Part shown: positions 52,620 through 63,426 of the stretch, one piece after another
Position numbering within the stretch: position 1 is the stretch's first letter
How the letters are laid out: each line of letters begins with the position of its first letter
NCBI GenBank assembly: GCA_963772365.1
Contig: CAVYXA010000001.1
Location: 1,568,001-1,632,000 of the forward strand
Reading direction: 5' to 3'
Length of the DNA: 64,000 nt
DNA from: an uncultured Verrucomicrobiae bacterium
Lineage (GTDB): Bacteria > Verrucomicrobiota > Verrucomicrobiia > Chthoniobacterales > UBA10450
Translations under genes and position numbers: made by a program
The notes under the pieces: generated by a model
The model's input: only the letters and a program-made list of their open reading frames with translations
Databases searched by the model: none
Told to the model about the DNA's origin: nothing

Positions 52620-53081
52620 TCAGTGTTTCAGTTTCAGCTTATCCAGCGCGCTCCAGTCCGATTTTCGCTCTGGTTCCAGCGGCGACGGTTTGGGAATTTT
52701 GCCCTTACAAATCCGGCCGCCATCTCGGTCGCAATGAGGATGAGCTGGCAAATTCAGCAACAAATCTTCTCGGATGAACGGCGTAAGATCGACAACTTCC
52801 GGACCTGCCAATTCCGTGTGCATGGCAAAGGTCGGGACATTGATCCGATGCACAAACCGCTCCAGACACGAAACACAGCGCAATTCCACCGGTTGCGAAA
52901 GCGAGCCCTTTGCCCAGAGTGCGCCGTTTCCCACGCCAATATCGATGTTGTAATGAAGCGGCCCGGCGCACGAGATATCTTCATTATCCAAACCCAATAG
53001 CTGGCAATCTTCATCGCCTTCGAGATGCAGTCCCTCGGCCGGGATTTGTTTGAGATGAATTTTCATTTCGCCCTGAGCCAA
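52620..53081 (-). CDS. yceD: YceD/DUF177 family protein
   Basis: CVSCLE, DLTPFIREDLLL.LP and WSALDKLK; lies upstream of rpmF. Confidence 0.88.
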   Translation of the reverse strand: MAQGEMKIHLKQIPAEGLHLEGDEDCQLLGLDNEDISCAGPLHYNIDIGVGNGALWAKGSLSQPVELRCVSCLERFVHRINVPTFAMHTELAGPEVVDLTPFIREDLLLNLPAHPHCDRDGGRICKGKIPKPSPLEPERKSDWSALDKLKLKH

Positions 53082-53101
53082 TTCTGAACTCCCTCCTCAA
53101 T

Positions 53102-53581
53102 TCATCGTTTGAATTTCCTGCCCAGCGCCTTGGCCACAATCTCCGGCACGAAGCTGGAGACATCGCCGCCCAGCCGCGCGATTTCTTTAATAATTCGCGA
53201 GCTCAAGTAAGTATATTCCTCTTTCGGCATCAGAAAAATTGTTTCCACCGAATTCCGAAGTTTCCGATTCATCAGCGCCATCTGGAATTCGAATTCGAAA
53301 TCCGATACCGCGCGCAGACCGCGAACAACTGCAACCGCTTTCTGGTCCACCGCGAAATCGACCAGCAATCCATCGAATCGCGCAATCTTGACGTTTTCGA
53401 CATTGGCAACCGTCGCCCGCAGCAAATCGAGCCGCTCTTCCAACGTAAAAAGGGCCTGCTTTTCCTCATTGTGCGCGATCGCCACAACGACTTCATCAAA
53501 CAGCTTGCGCGCCCGCTCGATGACATCGAGGTGCCCATTAGTCACTGGATCGAAACTGCCGGGATAAATCGCTCGTCGCAT
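53102..53581 (-). CDS. coaD: Phosphopantetheine adenylyltransferase
   Basis: AIYPGSFDPVTNGHLD and RGLRAVSDFEFE; start placed at MRRAIY. Confidence 0.97.
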   Translation of the reverse strand: MRRAIYPGSFDPVTNGHLDVIERARKLFDEVVVAIAHNEEKQALFTLEERLDLLRATVANVENVKIARFDGLLVDFAVDQKAVAVVRGLRAVSDFEFEFQMALMNRKLRNSVETIFLMPKEEYTYLSSRIIKEIARLGGDVSSFVPEIVAKALGRKFKR

Positions 53582-53591
53582 TTCCGAAGAA

Positions 53592-53619
53592 TCAAACATC
53601 AAACGTCAAACATCAAACG
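53592..53619. repeat. Heptamer tandem repeat (TCAAACR)x4
   Basis: TCAAACA TCAAACG TCAAACA TCAAACG just upstream of coaD. Confidence 0.8.
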
Positions 53620-53672
53620 TTCGTCGCTCCGGTTTGCTGAACCGGCGCGAAGCGGGAAGTTAATTGCTGTAG

Positions 53673-54503
53673 ATGCACAATCCTTCGACATATCGCCGCA
53701 TTGCGGTGGCTAGCACCTTCTCACCGCGGTTCAAGCAGGTCCTGGCCGAAGCAAAGCGAATTCGCGATCGTTTTCGATCGCGATTGGAACTTATCTATGT
53801 GGGCGAACGTACCGACGAAACGACCGCAAGATTTCGCGATGCTTTCGCCGAACTCGAGCTGGCGCCGGACTCCGTTATTCATTACCGAGACGGTGATCCG
53901 GCGGAAGCAATCCTCAAGGTGGCCGCCGAGAACGATGTCGATCTTCTCATCGCCGGCGCGCTGGAAAAGGAAGTCATTTTGCGACCGTTTCTGGGCGATG
54001 TGGCGCGCCGTCTTGTTCGCGACGGGAACTGTTCTGTCTTGCTTTTCACGAAACCAGACCAGAAACCAAAACCGCTCAAGCAGATCGCGTTTGTGGCAGA
54101 TTATTCCCAGCACGCGCAGGAGGCCCTGCAACGGACATTTCGCCTCGCTGAAGCTGAATCATGCGAGCGATTTCACGTGGTCCGCGTTTACACGAGTTTC
54201 GATCGGGCAAGAGCCGCCCTATCCGGAAGCGCGGGAAAAATTGAGGCGCCGGCTCGGACATTCGAAGAAGAGGAAACCGCACTGGAAGAATTTATTTTGG
54301 GCGCGGGCCATACCGAAGTGCCGATCGAGGCGCGATGTCTTCGCGGCAACACCGGATTTGTTGCGTCCGATTTCGTTCAATCGATTCACGCCGATCTTCT
54401 CGTGGTGCCGGTTTCACGCGATCACGCCATTACCGGCACGCTGCCAAGTCACGTCGCCTGGATCACCGACGTGATTCCGTGCAATTTGTGGGTGATCCGA
54501 TAG
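53673..54503 (+). CDS. Universal stress protein (tandem USP domains)
   Basis: YRRIAVA, GDPAEAIL...DLLIAG, LGDVARRLV..CSVL; second domain ends IPCNLWVIR. Confidence 0.85.
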   Translation: MHNPSTYRRIAVASTFSPRFKQVLAEAKRIRDRFRSRLELIYVGERTDETTARFRDAFAELELAPDSVIHYRDGDPAEAILKVAAENDVDLLIAGALEKEVILRPFLGDVARRLVRDGNCSVLLFTKPDQKPKPLKQIAFVADYSQHAQEALQRTFRLAEAESCERFHVVRVYTSFDRARAALSGSAGKIEAPARTFEEEETALEEFILGAGHTEVPIEARCLRGNTGFVASDFVQSIHADLLVVPVSRDHAITGTLPSHVAWITDVIPCNLWVIR

Positions 54504-54548
54504 CCAAAAGCTTCAAATCGGTTTCGTGTTCAACGCCGGAATTTTTTC

Positions 54549-54642
54549 TGTCATCTTGAGCGGAGCGAAAGATCTCAATTCTATTGCTGGCAGGCTTGGC
54601 CCTGAGAATGATTAGAGATTCTTCGCTCCGCTCAGAATGACA
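54549..54642. repeat. Intergenic palindromic repeat (GTCAT...ATGAC family)
   Basis: Inverted arms TGTCATCTTGAGCGGAGCGAAAGATCTC ... GAGATTCTTCGCTCCGCTCAGAATGACA. Confidence 0.85.
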
Positions 54643-54660
54643 AGTCGGAAGACGATCTAG

Positions 54661-55362
54661 GTGAACGACGCCCCGCAATTTCATGCCTACGGTCCGGCGC
54701 ATCTGATTGTGATCGCTATCACTATCACGTTGCCATTTCTGCTGGCGACAGTGGCCAAATCGCGCCGGATCGAACGCGCAATCGTCACTGTGCTCACTGC
54801 GCTGCTAATTGTGAACTACGGTGGCTATCTCATTTTCATCCGCGGCCACGGCGTAACGGACTGGCTGCAAATGCTACCTCTGCAAATGTGTGACTGGGGA
54901 ATGGTCGTTGTGATCGTCGCGCTCTGGACCTGCAATCAACGCTGGTTTGAGGTCGCTTATTTTTGGGGATTTGGCGGGACGCTTCAGGCCATCCTTACAC
55001 CGAATCTCCAGTACGGTTTTCCCGATCTGCGCTTTTTCAGTTTCTTCGTTTCCCATTCGGCCATCATTGTCGGTGTCGTTTTTCTCATGATCGTCCGCCG
55101 ACTCCGCCCCTATCCGATGTCGATTGTACGAGTGTGGCTCTGGTCCGAATTCTATTTCGTGATCACGTTCATTGCCGATCAGTTAACCGGATATAATTAC
55201 GGATTTCTTCTTCACAAACCGGAGGCGTTTTCTCTGTTAAGCCTTCTCTCCGATTCCCGCCCGCTATACCTCCTGGAGATGCACGGCCTCGCGCTTTTGT
55301 TCTTTCTCGTCCTCTACGCGCCGTTTGCGATTGTCGATCTTGTGAGAAAAAACAAACTGTAG
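54661..55362 (+). CDS. YwaF/TIGR02206-like integral membrane protein
   Basis: LPLQMCD, QAILTP, FFVSH and NYGFL..KP motifs; multiple TMs. Confidence 0.8.
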   Translation: MNDAPQFHAYGPAHLIVIAITITLPFLLATVAKSRRIERAIVTVLTALLIVNYGGYLIFIRGHGVTDWLQMLPLQMCDWGMVVVIVALWTCNQRWFEVAYFWGFGGTLQAILTPNLQYGFPDLRFFSFFVSHSAIIVGVVFLMIVRRLRPYPMSIVRVWLWSEFYFVITFIADQLTGYNYGFLLHKPEAFSLLSLLSDSRPLYLLEMHGLALLFFLVLYAPFAIVDLVRKNKL

Positions 55363-55424
55363 GGCGATCGCTCCGGTTGCTATGGTGAAAGCAAAACCTT
55401 GGCAGGCGGAGCGCCTGCCCTACA
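55358..55424. repeat. GTAG-type REP-like palindromic element (supplies the TAG stop of the upstream gene)
   Basis: TGTAGGGCGATCGCTCCGGTTGC...GGCAGGCGGAGCGCCTGCCCTACA; same family as 2989-3049. Confidence 0.8.
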
Positions 55425-55432
55425 ATCATCTT

Positions 55433-56242
55433 GTGAAGGTGAAACCATTGCGCCTTGGGATAGGTGGCCGCCGACCGGTTTTTATTCTCGGGCCGTGCGT
55501 CATTGAGTCGGAGAAGTTTGTTTGGCGGATGGCGAAAAAGATCGCGACAATCTGCACACTGGAAGATGTCGATCTTATTTTTAAAGCATCCTACGACAAG
55601 GCGAACCGGACTTCCGTGCGTTCGTTTCGAGGCGTCGGAGCGCAGCAAGGATGTCAGATGCTCGGAGCAATCGGTCGTGAATTGAAAATCCCGGTCACGA
55701 CAGATGTCCATTCGCCGGAGGAGGCGGAAATCGCGGGTGAGAAGATCGATATGCTCCAAATTCCGGCATTTCTCTGCCGGCAGACCGATCTGTTGCGTGC
55801 CGCTGCCCAAACGGGTCGGGCAGTGAATGTGAAGAAGGGACAATTTCTCGCCCCGTGGGACGTGAAGAATATCGCCCAGAAACTCCGCTCGTTTGGCTGC
55901 AAGAATTTCTGTTTCACCGAACGCGGCACGACATTCGGTTACAATAATCTCGTGGCCGACATGCGTTCGCTCTACTGGATCCGCGAAGCCGGTTATCACG
56001 TCATCTTCGATGCGACTCATTCCGTGCAGCGGCCTGGCGGGGCTGGCGATGTCACGTCTGGTGATGGCGTTATTGCTCCGGTTCTGGCCAGAGCTGCCAT
56101 GGCCGCCGGCTGCGATGGCATCTTCATGGAAGTGCACGAAAATCCGGCCCGCGCGCTGTCGGATGCGGCGAACCAGGTTCCCCTGAAAAATTTGCCGAAG
56201 CACTTGCGCATGTTAAAAGCTATTCATGCTGCCATTTCGTAG
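55433..56242 (+). CDS. kdsA: KDO 8-phosphate synthase
   Basis: GPCVIES, FKASYDKANRTS, QIPAFLCRQTD and DATHSVQ; GTG start placed after the REP element. Confidence 0.96.
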   Translation: MKVKPLRLGIGGRRPVFILGPCVIESEKFVWRMAKKIATICTLEDVDLIFKASYDKANRTSVRSFRGVGAQQGCQMLGAIGRELKIPVTTDVHSPEEAEIAGEKIDMLQIPAFLCRQTDLLRAAAQTGRAVNVKKGQFLAPWDVKNIAQKLRSFGCKNFCFTERGTTFGYNNLVADMRSLYWIREAGYHVIFDATHSVQRPGGAGDVTSGDGVIAPVLARAAMAAGCDGIFMEVHENPARALSDAANQVPLKNLPKHLRMLKAIHAAIS

Positions 56243-56795
56243 CGGCCCCGGAAGCTTTCCGGGCTGGCTGCTGAGCTTAGTTCTGATTCTAATGCTGCCG
56301 ATTTTGATCGTCGCTCAGTCATCCCTTGCCAAAGGGAAAGGCGGTAAGAAGAGACAGAACCGACAGGCGGCAGCGGCCAAACAGAGTCCTTTGCCGGGAG
56401 AAGAGAGCCTGACAAACATTCCGCTGCCCACCGGTCATGAAGCAAAGGGCCTGGTCTTGCCCGATTACGATACCCAAGGTCGTCTGCGAGGAAAATTCGA
56501 GGCCGGCACGGCCCATCGAATCGACGACGACCACATCGGTTTTCAAAATTTGAAAATCACAACTTACACGCCAGAGAAGAAGCCAGATCTTGAGATTGAT
56601 CTGCGTACTTCGGTCCTGAATCTCAAGACGCGCGTTTTGAGTTCCAAGGAGCGAAGCTTCGTCAAGCGCGCGGATTTTCGTATCACAGGCGATTCGGTCC
56701 AGTTCGATACCGTCGCGCGAACTGGGCGACTGATGGGAAACGTGAAGATGGTTATTACCGATAATTCGCGTCTAATGGGAAAGGAAAACGAATGA
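56226..56795 (+). CDS. lptC: LPS export protein LptC-like
   Basis: N-terminal anchor and beta-rich body ending G.V.MVI; position between kdsA and lptA. Confidence 0.6.
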   Translation: MLPFRSGPGSFPGWLLSLVLILMLPILIVAQSSLAKGKGGKKRQNRQAAAAKQSPLPGEESLTNIPLPTGHEAKGLVLPDYDTQGRLRGKFEAGTAHRIDDDHIGFQNLKITTYTPEKKPDLEIDLRTSVLNLKTRVLSSKERSFVKRADFRITGDSVQFDTVARTGRLMGNVKMVITDNSRLMGKENE

Positions 56796-57415
56796 AGCAG
56801 TGGATGATTTTCCCGCTCATTCTTGCTGCACTGTCGATTCACGCAGGGGCACAAACTGCGGCCACGCCGACAAAATCACCCACCAAAGAAAATGCAGTGG
56901 CGAAGACAATCCCGGCCACGACAACCCAATCAAACGAACCGGTGACCACCCAGATCTATGCCGATGAAGCATTTTTCGATTCGAACAAAGACATGGGTAT
57001 TTTCAGCGGCCACGTTCGAGTCATCGATCCGCGGTTCAATCTTCAGTCGGAAAAACTAACAATTTATGTGAGCAAGGGAGAGAACCAGGGATTGGAGAAA
57101 GCGATCGCCGAGGGAAATGTCGCGGTCGTGCGCGATCGTCCCGATCCAAATGGCGGGCCGCCCACTCGTGCTATTGGTCGCTCCGAGAGCGCCACTTACG
57201 TAGCGGCAACCGGCAATGTTGAACTAAAAGGCGACCCGCGTGTCCAGGAAGGGTTAAATACGCATGTTGCGGCGAGCCCGGAAACGGTCATGATCATCAA
57301 TCAAAACGGCCAATTGACCACACACGGACCAAGTCGGACGGAAATTCGGCAGGAACCCAAAGAATCACCGAGCCCAAGCCCGACGCCGACACCGACGTCA
57401 ACTCCCAAGTCATGA
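56792..57415 (+). CDS. lptA: LptA/OstA family periplasmic LPS transport protein
   Basis: Signal peptide, IFSGHVRV, AIAEGNV and VELKGDPRVQEG; lies upstream of lptB. Confidence 0.8.
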   Translation: MKQWMIFPLILAALSIHAGAQTAATPTKSPTKENAVAKTIPATTTQSNEPVTTQIYADEAFFDSNKDMGIFSGHVRVIDPRFNLQSEKLTIYVSKGENQGLEKAIAEGNVAVVRDRPDPNGGPPTRAIGRSESATYVAATGNVELKGDPRVQEGLNTHVAASPETVMIINQNGQLTTHGPSRTEIRQEPKESPSPSPTPTPTSTPKS

Positions 57416-58197
57416 TCACTGCGCCTGATCTAAAATCGCAGCCGGGATCCACGCCGCAAGTTACAGCGAAGATCGACGATGTTCTTGTTACCGATCAGCT
57501 AGTGAAGGTCTATGGCGGTCGTGCCGTTGTCGATGGTGTCAACCTCACCGTCAAAGCGGGTGAGATTGTTGGATTGCTCGGGCCCAACGGCGCCGGCAAA
57601 ACGACCAGCTTTTACATGATCGTCGGCCTGGTTAGGCCAAACAGCGGCCGCGTCATGTTTTCCGGTACCGATGTGACGAATTACCCGATGTACAAGCGGG
57701 CCCGGCTCGGCATGGGATATCTGCCGCAGGAAGAATCGATCTTTCGCAAAATGACGGTGGAACAAAATATCATGGCCATTTTGCAAACGTTGCCACTGAG
57801 CCGGGCCGAGCGCCGCAATCGCTGCGATCAATTGTTGCATCAATTCGGAATTGAGCGGGTGGCGAAAAATACCGCGCTTACATTGAGCGGCGGCGAAAAA
57901 CGGCGCCTGACTATTGCCAGATCGCTGGTGACTGGCCCAAAATTGCTGATGCTCGATGAGCCGTTCAGCGGCGTCGACCCGATCGCGGTTTACGATGTCC
58001 AGCAGATCATCATCAATCTGCGTAAATCAGGTCTGGCCATCATGATCACCGATCACAACGTGCGCGAGACATTGTCGATCGTCGATCGCGCCTACTTAAT
58101 TTACGAAGGCCGGGTCGAAAGCGAAGGCACCAAAGATTTTCTAATCAACGACCCGATTAGCCGCCAGTTGTATCTCGGCGAACGATTCAAGATGTAG
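57412..58197 (+). CDS. lptB: LPS export ABC transporter ATP-binding protein
   Basis: GPNGAGKTT, YLPQE, LSGGEKRR, LDEPFSGVDP and TDHNVRETL. Confidence 0.96.
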   Translation: MITAPDLKSQPGSTPQVTAKIDDVLVTDQLVKVYGGRAVVDGVNLTVKAGEIVGLLGPNGAGKTTSFYMIVGLVRPNSGRVMFSGTDVTNYPMYKRARLGMGYLPQEESIFRKMTVEQNIMAILQTLPLSRAERRNRCDQLLHQFGIERVAKNTALTLSGGEKRRLTIARSLVTGPKLLMLDEPFSGVDPIAVYDVQQIIINLRKSGLAIMITDHNVRETLSIVDRAYLIYEGRVESEGTKDFLINDPISRQLYLGERFKM

Positions 58198-58200
58198 CCG

Positions 58201-58683
58201 ATGCAAATCTGTCATCTCTTCGTTTCCCCGGGACATAATTTCGTCGGTCATCATAATCGGGAGCCAGACACATTCCCGATGATCGAAGTGCCGGCGATCG
58301 AGTGTCTGGCGGGACGCGGGATTCGTGGCGACCGCTATTTCGATTTCAAAGATAATTACAAAGGGCAGATCACATTTTTTTCACTCGAAGTTTTCGATGA
58401 GCTGTGCGACGCGCTCCACTTGGACGGTTGTTCTCCAAGCCTCGTCCGGAGAAACGTGTTCACGCGCGATGTCGATCTTAACAAATTAATCGACCGTGAT
58501 TTTGAGGTTCAAGGCGTCCAGTTTCATGGAACGCAGGAATGCGCCCCGTGTTACTGGATGGATCGCGCTGCCGCGCCCGGCGCGCAGGAATTTCTCAAAG
58601 GCCGCGGTGGTTTGCGGGCGCGGATCCTGAACGATGGCGAGTTGCGCTCGCTGGTGCAAGTCCACGCGTCTTCTGGAATTTGA
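58201..58683 (+). CDS. MOSC domain protein
   Basis: GIRGDRY, RRN, C.PC.WM and GRGGLRARIL. Confidence 0.85.
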   Translation: MQICHLFVSPGHNFVGHHNREPDTFPMIEVPAIECLAGRGIRGDRYFDFKDNYKGQITFFSLEVFDELCDALHLDGCSPSLVRRNVFTRDVDLNKLIDRDFEVQGVQFHGTQECAPCYWMDRAAAPGAQEFLKGRGGLRARILNDGELRSLVQVHASSGI

Positions 58684-58740
58684 ATTAGCTACGTTTTCGG
58701 CAGCATTGCGCAGGCGCGATGTCCGCTTTAAGACAACGCG

Positions 58741-60861
58741 ATGAGCGCTCCGATCTACACCTGCCCGATGCATCCGGAGGTGGAGCAGGATTCACCAGGC
58801 AGCTGTCCGCAATGCGGAATGGCGCTCGAATCGAAGACGTTCGTTCCCGGCGACGAACCGGAAAATGCCGAGTTGATCGATATGACGCGACGCTTCTGGA
58901 TTGGCGCTGCATTGGCCCTGCCCGTTCTGGTTCTGGCCATGGCTCATTTGTTTCCCGGCGGTTCGAAATGGGCATCGGCTAATTGGTCGCGCTGGTTGCA
59001 ATTTGCGCTGAGTACTCCGGTTGTAATCTGGGCCGGCGGGCCATTTTTTCAGCGCGGCTGGCAATCACTCCGCCATCGCGCGTTGAATATGTTTACGCTG
59101 ATCTCGATGGGCGTCGGCGTGGCTTACGTTTACAGCGCCATTGTCATGCTGGCGCCGGGAATTTTTCCAGCGTCGTTTAAAGAACACGGCAGAATCGGCA
59201 TTTACTTCGAAGCAGCGGCGATCATCACCGTTCTGGTATTGCTTGGACAAGTGCTTGAGTTGCGCGCCCGAAGCCAGACCGGAAGCGCCATCCGTGCTTT
59301 GCTCGATCTTGCTCCGAAAAAAGCACGGGTCGTCATTGATGGCGAAGAACGCGAAGTGGTGCTGGACGAAGTTCAGCACCAGGACCGCTTGCGTGTCCGT
59401 CCCGGCGAGAAAATTCCCGTCGATGGTAAAATTGTCGATGGTAAAACCAGCATCGACGAATCGATGCTCACCGGCGAATCGATGCCGGTTGAAAAAAATA
59501 TCGGCGATCGCGTCACCGGCGGCACGATAAATCAAACCGGCAGCTTCATCATGGAAGCCGAGCGCGTGGGCAGCGAAACCGTGCTGTCCCAAATCGTAGA
59601 AATGGTTGCGCAAGCGCAACGCAGCCGGGCGCCGATTCAAAGCCTGGCTGATAAAGTGGCCGGCTGGTTTGTGCCCGGCGTGATCTTTATGGCGGCGATC
59701 ACATTCGTCGCATGGATTTTCCTCGGACCAGAGCCGCGATTTGCGCATGCGATGATCAACGCCGTAGCGGTCCTCATTATTGCTTGTCCCTGCGCGCTGG
59801 GATTGGCGACACCGATGTCGATCATGGTAGGCGTGGGACGCGGCGCGCAGGCGGGTGTTTTGATCAAACAAGCGGAAGCGATCGAGCGTCTGGAGAAAGT
59901 GAACACGATCGTGGTGGATAAAACCGGAACTCTCACCGAAGGCAAACCGCGCCTGACGAAAACGATTCTGAACAGCGATCTTTCTGAAGAGCAATTACTT
60001 CGCCTGGCCGCCAGTCTCGAACAACGAAGCGAACATCCTCTGTCGGCTTCCATCGTCGGCAGTGCGCTGGAACGCGGCATTCGATTGAGCAACGTCTCGG
60101 AATTCGAATCCATCACCGGAAGCGGCTTGAGCGGCGAGGTGGACAGCCACAATGTGCTCATCGGCAAACCGGAATTCCTGAAAGCGCGTAACGTTCGAGG
60201 CGTTGAAACCGCGCAAAGCGCGGGGACCGATTTGCAGCAACAAGGTCAGACCGTCGTCTTTGTCGCCGTCGATGGTATTGTGGCCGGCGTTCTCGGAATA
60301 ATCGATCCAATCAAAGAATCTTCCGTCGAAGCGGTGAGACATTTGCATCGGCTCGGATTGAAAGTCATCATGATGACCGGCGATAACGAGCGCACCGCGC
60401 GAGCAGTTTCACAAAAGCTTGGAATCGACCAAGTTGAAGCCGGTGTCGAGCCGCAGCGCAAGAACGAACGGGTGCGGCAATTGCGCGAGCAGGGAAGAAT
60501 CATCGCGATGGCTGGGGACGGAATCAACGATGCGCCAGCGCTGGCGGAAGCAGATGTCGGAATCGCAATGGGCACAGGTGCGGATGTGGCGATGGAAAGC
60601 GCCGGCCTGACCTTGATGAAGGGAGATCTCCGTGGAATCGAGAAAGCGATTCGGCTTAGCCGCGCCATGATGCGCAACATTCGGCAGAATCTCTTCTTCG
60701 CATTCCTTTACAACTCGATCGGAATACCGATTGCCGCCGGCGTGCTCTATCCGTTCTTCGGAATCTTGCTCAGCCCGATCATTGCCGGGGCGGCCATGAG
60801 TTTCAGCTCCGTCTCAGTGATCGCCAACGCATTGCGGCTTCGATGGGTTAAACTTGGCTAG
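58741..60861 (+). CDS. copA: Copper-translocating P1B-type ATPase
   Basis: YTCPMHPEV metal-binding domain, TGES, CPCALG, DKTGT, GDGIND, YN and MSFSS. Confidence 0.93.
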   Translation: MSAPIYTCPMHPEVEQDSPGSCPQCGMALESKTFVPGDEPENAELIDMTRRFWIGAALALPVLVLAMAHLFPGGSKWASANWSRWLQFALSTPVVIWAGGPFFQRGWQSLRHRALNMFTLISMGVGVAYVYSAIVMLAPGIFPASFKEHGRIGIYFEAAAIITVLVLLGQVLELRARSQTGSAIRALLDLAPKKARVVIDGEEREVVLDEVQHQDRLRVRPGEKIPVDGKIVDGKTSIDESMLTGESMPVEKNIGDRVTGGTINQTGSFIMEAERVGSETVLSQIVEMVAQAQRSRAPIQSLADKVAGWFVPGVIFMAAITFVAWIFLGPEPRFAHAMINAVAVLIIACPCALGLATPMSIMVGVGRGAQAGVLIKQAEAIERLEKVNTIVVDKTGTLTEGKPRLTKTILNSDLSEEQLLRLAASLEQRSEHPLSASIVGSALERGIRLSNVSEFESITGSGLSGEVDSHNVLIGKPEFLKARNVRGVETAQSAGTDLQQQGQTVVFVAVDGIVAGVLGIIDPIKESSVEAVRHLHRLGLKVIMMTGDNERTARAVSQKLGIDQVEAGVEPQRKNERVRQLREQGRIIAMAGDGINDAPALAEADVGIAMGTGADVAMESAGLTLMKGDLRGIEKAIRLSRAMMRNIRQNLFFAFLYNSIGIPIAAGVLYPFFGILLSPIIAGAAMSFSSVSVIANALRLRWVKLG

Positions 60862-60881
60862 CGATGTGAAGCTGAGGCACA

Positions 60882-62576
60882 ATGAGGATCCGCACTATGA
60901 AGATATTGCGAAACAGTCTCCTCCTATTTCTTGTTTGTTTTTCCGGCAACATGCTCCGAGCTGACGATGTCGATCTTCTCCTGATCCACGGCAACGTTTA
61001 CACCGTTAATGAACGCCAGCCACATGCGGAGGCGATTGCGGTAAAGAAAGATCGTATCGTATTCGTTGGCTCAAACGCTGACGCGAAAAAACTGGCCAGA
61101 GCCAAAACAAAGACTGTCGATCTTCATGGACACACTGTCGTTCCTGGACTGACCGACTCGCACTGTCACATCTTCGGGATCGGCCAGCGTGAGCTGACGT
61201 TGAACCTGGAGGGCACAAACACGCGCGAAGATTTTCTGGCGAAAGTGAAGGCGCGCGTCGAAAAAACTGCGTCCGGCGAATGGGTAACAGGTCGCGGCTG
61301 GATCGAGACGTTTTGGAAACCGCCGCAGTTTCCATCGCGCCAGGATCTCGACGCCATCGCGCCGAAGAATCCGGTTTTTCTTACTCGTGCCGATGGACAC
61401 GCATCCATTGCCAATAGTGAAGCATTGGAAATTTCAAAGATCGATAAAAGCACGCCAGACCCGTTCGGCGGAAAGATTCTCAAGGACAAAGCGAGTGGAC
61501 CGACGGGAATGCTGCTCGATAATGCACAGGATCTGGTTGCAAAAAATATTCCCAAACCCACGCAAGCCGACCGCGAATGGGCACTCCTCCGTGGAATCGA
61601 GCGCGAGATCGGCCTCGGCTGGTGCGAAATTCAAAATGCCGGCAGCCGCCAAGAGGACATCGAACTCATCAAAAAAGTATTCGCCGAGGGCAAAGCAAAG
61701 ATTCGTTTCATCAACGCCGTTTATGGCCCGGGCGAGGACGCAGAGCGCCTGCTGCGCGAGGGACCGGTGCTCAACGAATACAGTCATCATTTCACCCAGC
61801 GAACGATCAAAGTAATTTTCGACGGCGCTCTCGGCTCGCGGGGAGCTGCTCTGTTAAAACCGTACAGCGATGCTCCTGACACCTCCGGATTTCTGACCCA
61901 AAAACCGGAAGAGTTGAGGCCGATGTTTGAAGAAGCGCTTCGGCGCGGAATTCAAGTTGAAACGCACGCCATCGGCGATCGGGCCAATCGATTGATTCTC
62001 GATCTTTACGAAGAGGCATTCAAAGCGGTTCCTTCAGATAAACGAAAAATTCCCAAGCCACGTTGGCGTGTCGAGCATGCGCAGATTGTCGATCCTGCAG
62101 ATATCCCGCGGTTTGCAAAACTGGGAGTGATCGCTTCGATGCAGCCGTCGCACGCGATCAGCGATTTATTTTTCGCCCCGGCCCGACTCGGAATGGAGCG
62201 CCTCGCAGGAGCGTATGCGTGGCAAAGTTTTCTCAAATCGGGCGCGGTCGTCTGTGGCGGATCGGATGCGCCGGTCGAGCGCGGGGAACCGATGATTGAA
62301 TTTTACGCTGCAGTCGCGCGTAAAAGTGTCCGAGGCGAATCGGGGGCGGGATGGCATCCCGAACAGGCAGTCTCCCGCGAGGAGGCGCTCAAGATGTTTA
62401 CGATCTCGCCTGCTTACGCTGCGTTCGAAGAAAAAGACAAGGGTTCGATCGAACCGGGCAAGCTGGCCGATTTCACGGTTCTTTCACAAGACATTATGAA
62501 AATTCCCGAGCCCGAAATTCTAAGGACACGCAACGAGATGACCGTGGTCGCCGGAGAAATTTTATACTCCCAGTAG
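60882..62576 (+). CDS. Exported amidohydrolase (amidohydro_3, YtcJ-like)
   Basis: PGLTDSHCH, DGALGSRGA, HAIGDRAN, RVEHAQ, MQPSH and GSDAP. Confidence 0.92.
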   Translation: MRIRTMKILRNSLLLFLVCFSGNMLRADDVDLLLIHGNVYTVNERQPHAEAIAVKKDRIVFVGSNADAKKLARAKTKTVDLHGHTVVPGLTDSHCHIFGIGQRELTLNLEGTNTREDFLAKVKARVEKTASGEWVTGRGWIETFWKPPQFPSRQDLDAIAPKNPVFLTRADGHASIANSEALEISKIDKSTPDPFGGKILKDKASGPTGMLLDNAQDLVAKNIPKPTQADREWALLRGIEREIGLGWCEIQNAGSRQEDIELIKKVFAEGKAKIRFINAVYGPGEDAERLLREGPVLNEYSHHFTQRTIKVIFDGALGSRGAALLKPYSDAPDTSGFLTQKPEELRPMFEEALRRGIQVETHAIGDRANRLILDLYEEAFKAVPSDKRKIPKPRWRVEHAQIVDPADIPRFAKLGVIASMQPSHAISDLFFAPARLGMERLAGAYAWQSFLKSGAVVCGGSDAPVERGEPMIEFYAAVARKSVRGESGAGWHPEQAVSREEALKMFTISPAYAAFEEKDKGSIEPGKLADFTVLSQDIMKIPEPEILRTRNEMTVVAGEILYSQ

Positions 62577-62602
62577 ATCCACTTAGAGAACATGAAGGCA
62601 GG

Positions 62603-63424
62603 CTAAGTGATCTGAAACCGCGAACGGATCAGGACGGAAACGGAAACCAGCACAAGTAACGCGCCAAAAGTGCAAACGATAGCGGCGCCCGAGGGAAGAT
62701 CGCACCAGAAGGAGAAAAACAGACCGGCAATCCCACCAATCAGGGAAAGCGCCCAACCGAGGAGTAATCGATTTCTGATTGAGCGCGCGAGAATCACAGC
62801 GCACACCGCTGGCGCGATTAGATAGCTAAAAACGAGCAAAACGCCCGCGACCCGAACGAACACCGTTACAACAAGGCCGAACGTCGCGTAAAATAAAAAA
62901 TCCCACCAACGGACACGCAGTCCGCGCCCGTAGGCAATTTCGCGCTGAAACGAAAGAAGCAGAAATTGGTTGCGTAATCCGAAATGGAGCGCGCCCACGA
63001 CGGCGAATACGGAAAAGCATTTCCAAACTTCCGCCGCGCTTACCACAGTGATATCTCCCACGAGCATGTTGCGAATTTCTTCGTTCCCGTGCGTGGAGCG
63101 ACTGAGCAAAAGGACGGCGGCGGCGGCCGAAACGACGTAAGCAATTCCAATAATCGCTTCCTGCGGAACGCGACTCACGCGTTTTCCTGTCGCAGAAAAA
63201 ATCGCCGCGCCGATCAAGGTAACAGCCAACCCAATGCCGTAGGCCTTCCAGTCTTCCGGTTCGAATCCGGCGAGAACGGCGATGGAAATCCCGAGCGAAG
63301 CCATCTGGGCCATCGCGATGTCGATAAAGATGATACCGCGTTGCACGACGTGAAGCCCGAGATAAACCAACAGCCACGGCAACAGGACGCAGGCCATGAT
63401 CGGCCAAAACATTATTTCAAACAT
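62603..63424 (-). CDS. Metal (Zn/Mn/Fe) ABC transporter permease
   Basis: GLHVVQRGIIFIDIAMAQ, EAIIG, GVLLVFS.LI.PA and DLPSGAAIV. Confidence 0.88.
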   Translation of the reverse strand: MFEIMFWPIMACVLLPWLLVYLGLHVVQRGIIFIDIAMAQMASLGISIAVLAGFEPEDWKAYGIGLAVTLIGAAIFSATGKRVSRVPQEAIIGIAYVVSAAAAVLLLSRSTHGNEEIRNMLVGDITVVSAAEVWKCFSVFAVVGALHFGLRNQFLLLSFQREIAYGRGLRVRWWDFLFYATFGLVVTVFVRVAGVLLVFSYLIAPAVCAVILARSIRNRLLLGWALSLIGGIAGLFFSFWCDLPSGAAIVCTFGALLVLVSVSVLIRSRFQIT

Positions 63425-63426
63425 GG

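Noticed and set aside
55382..55432. N-terminal extension of KdsA (MVKAKPWQAERLPYNHL)
   Set aside because: Derived from the REP-like element; homology starts at the GTG near 55433.
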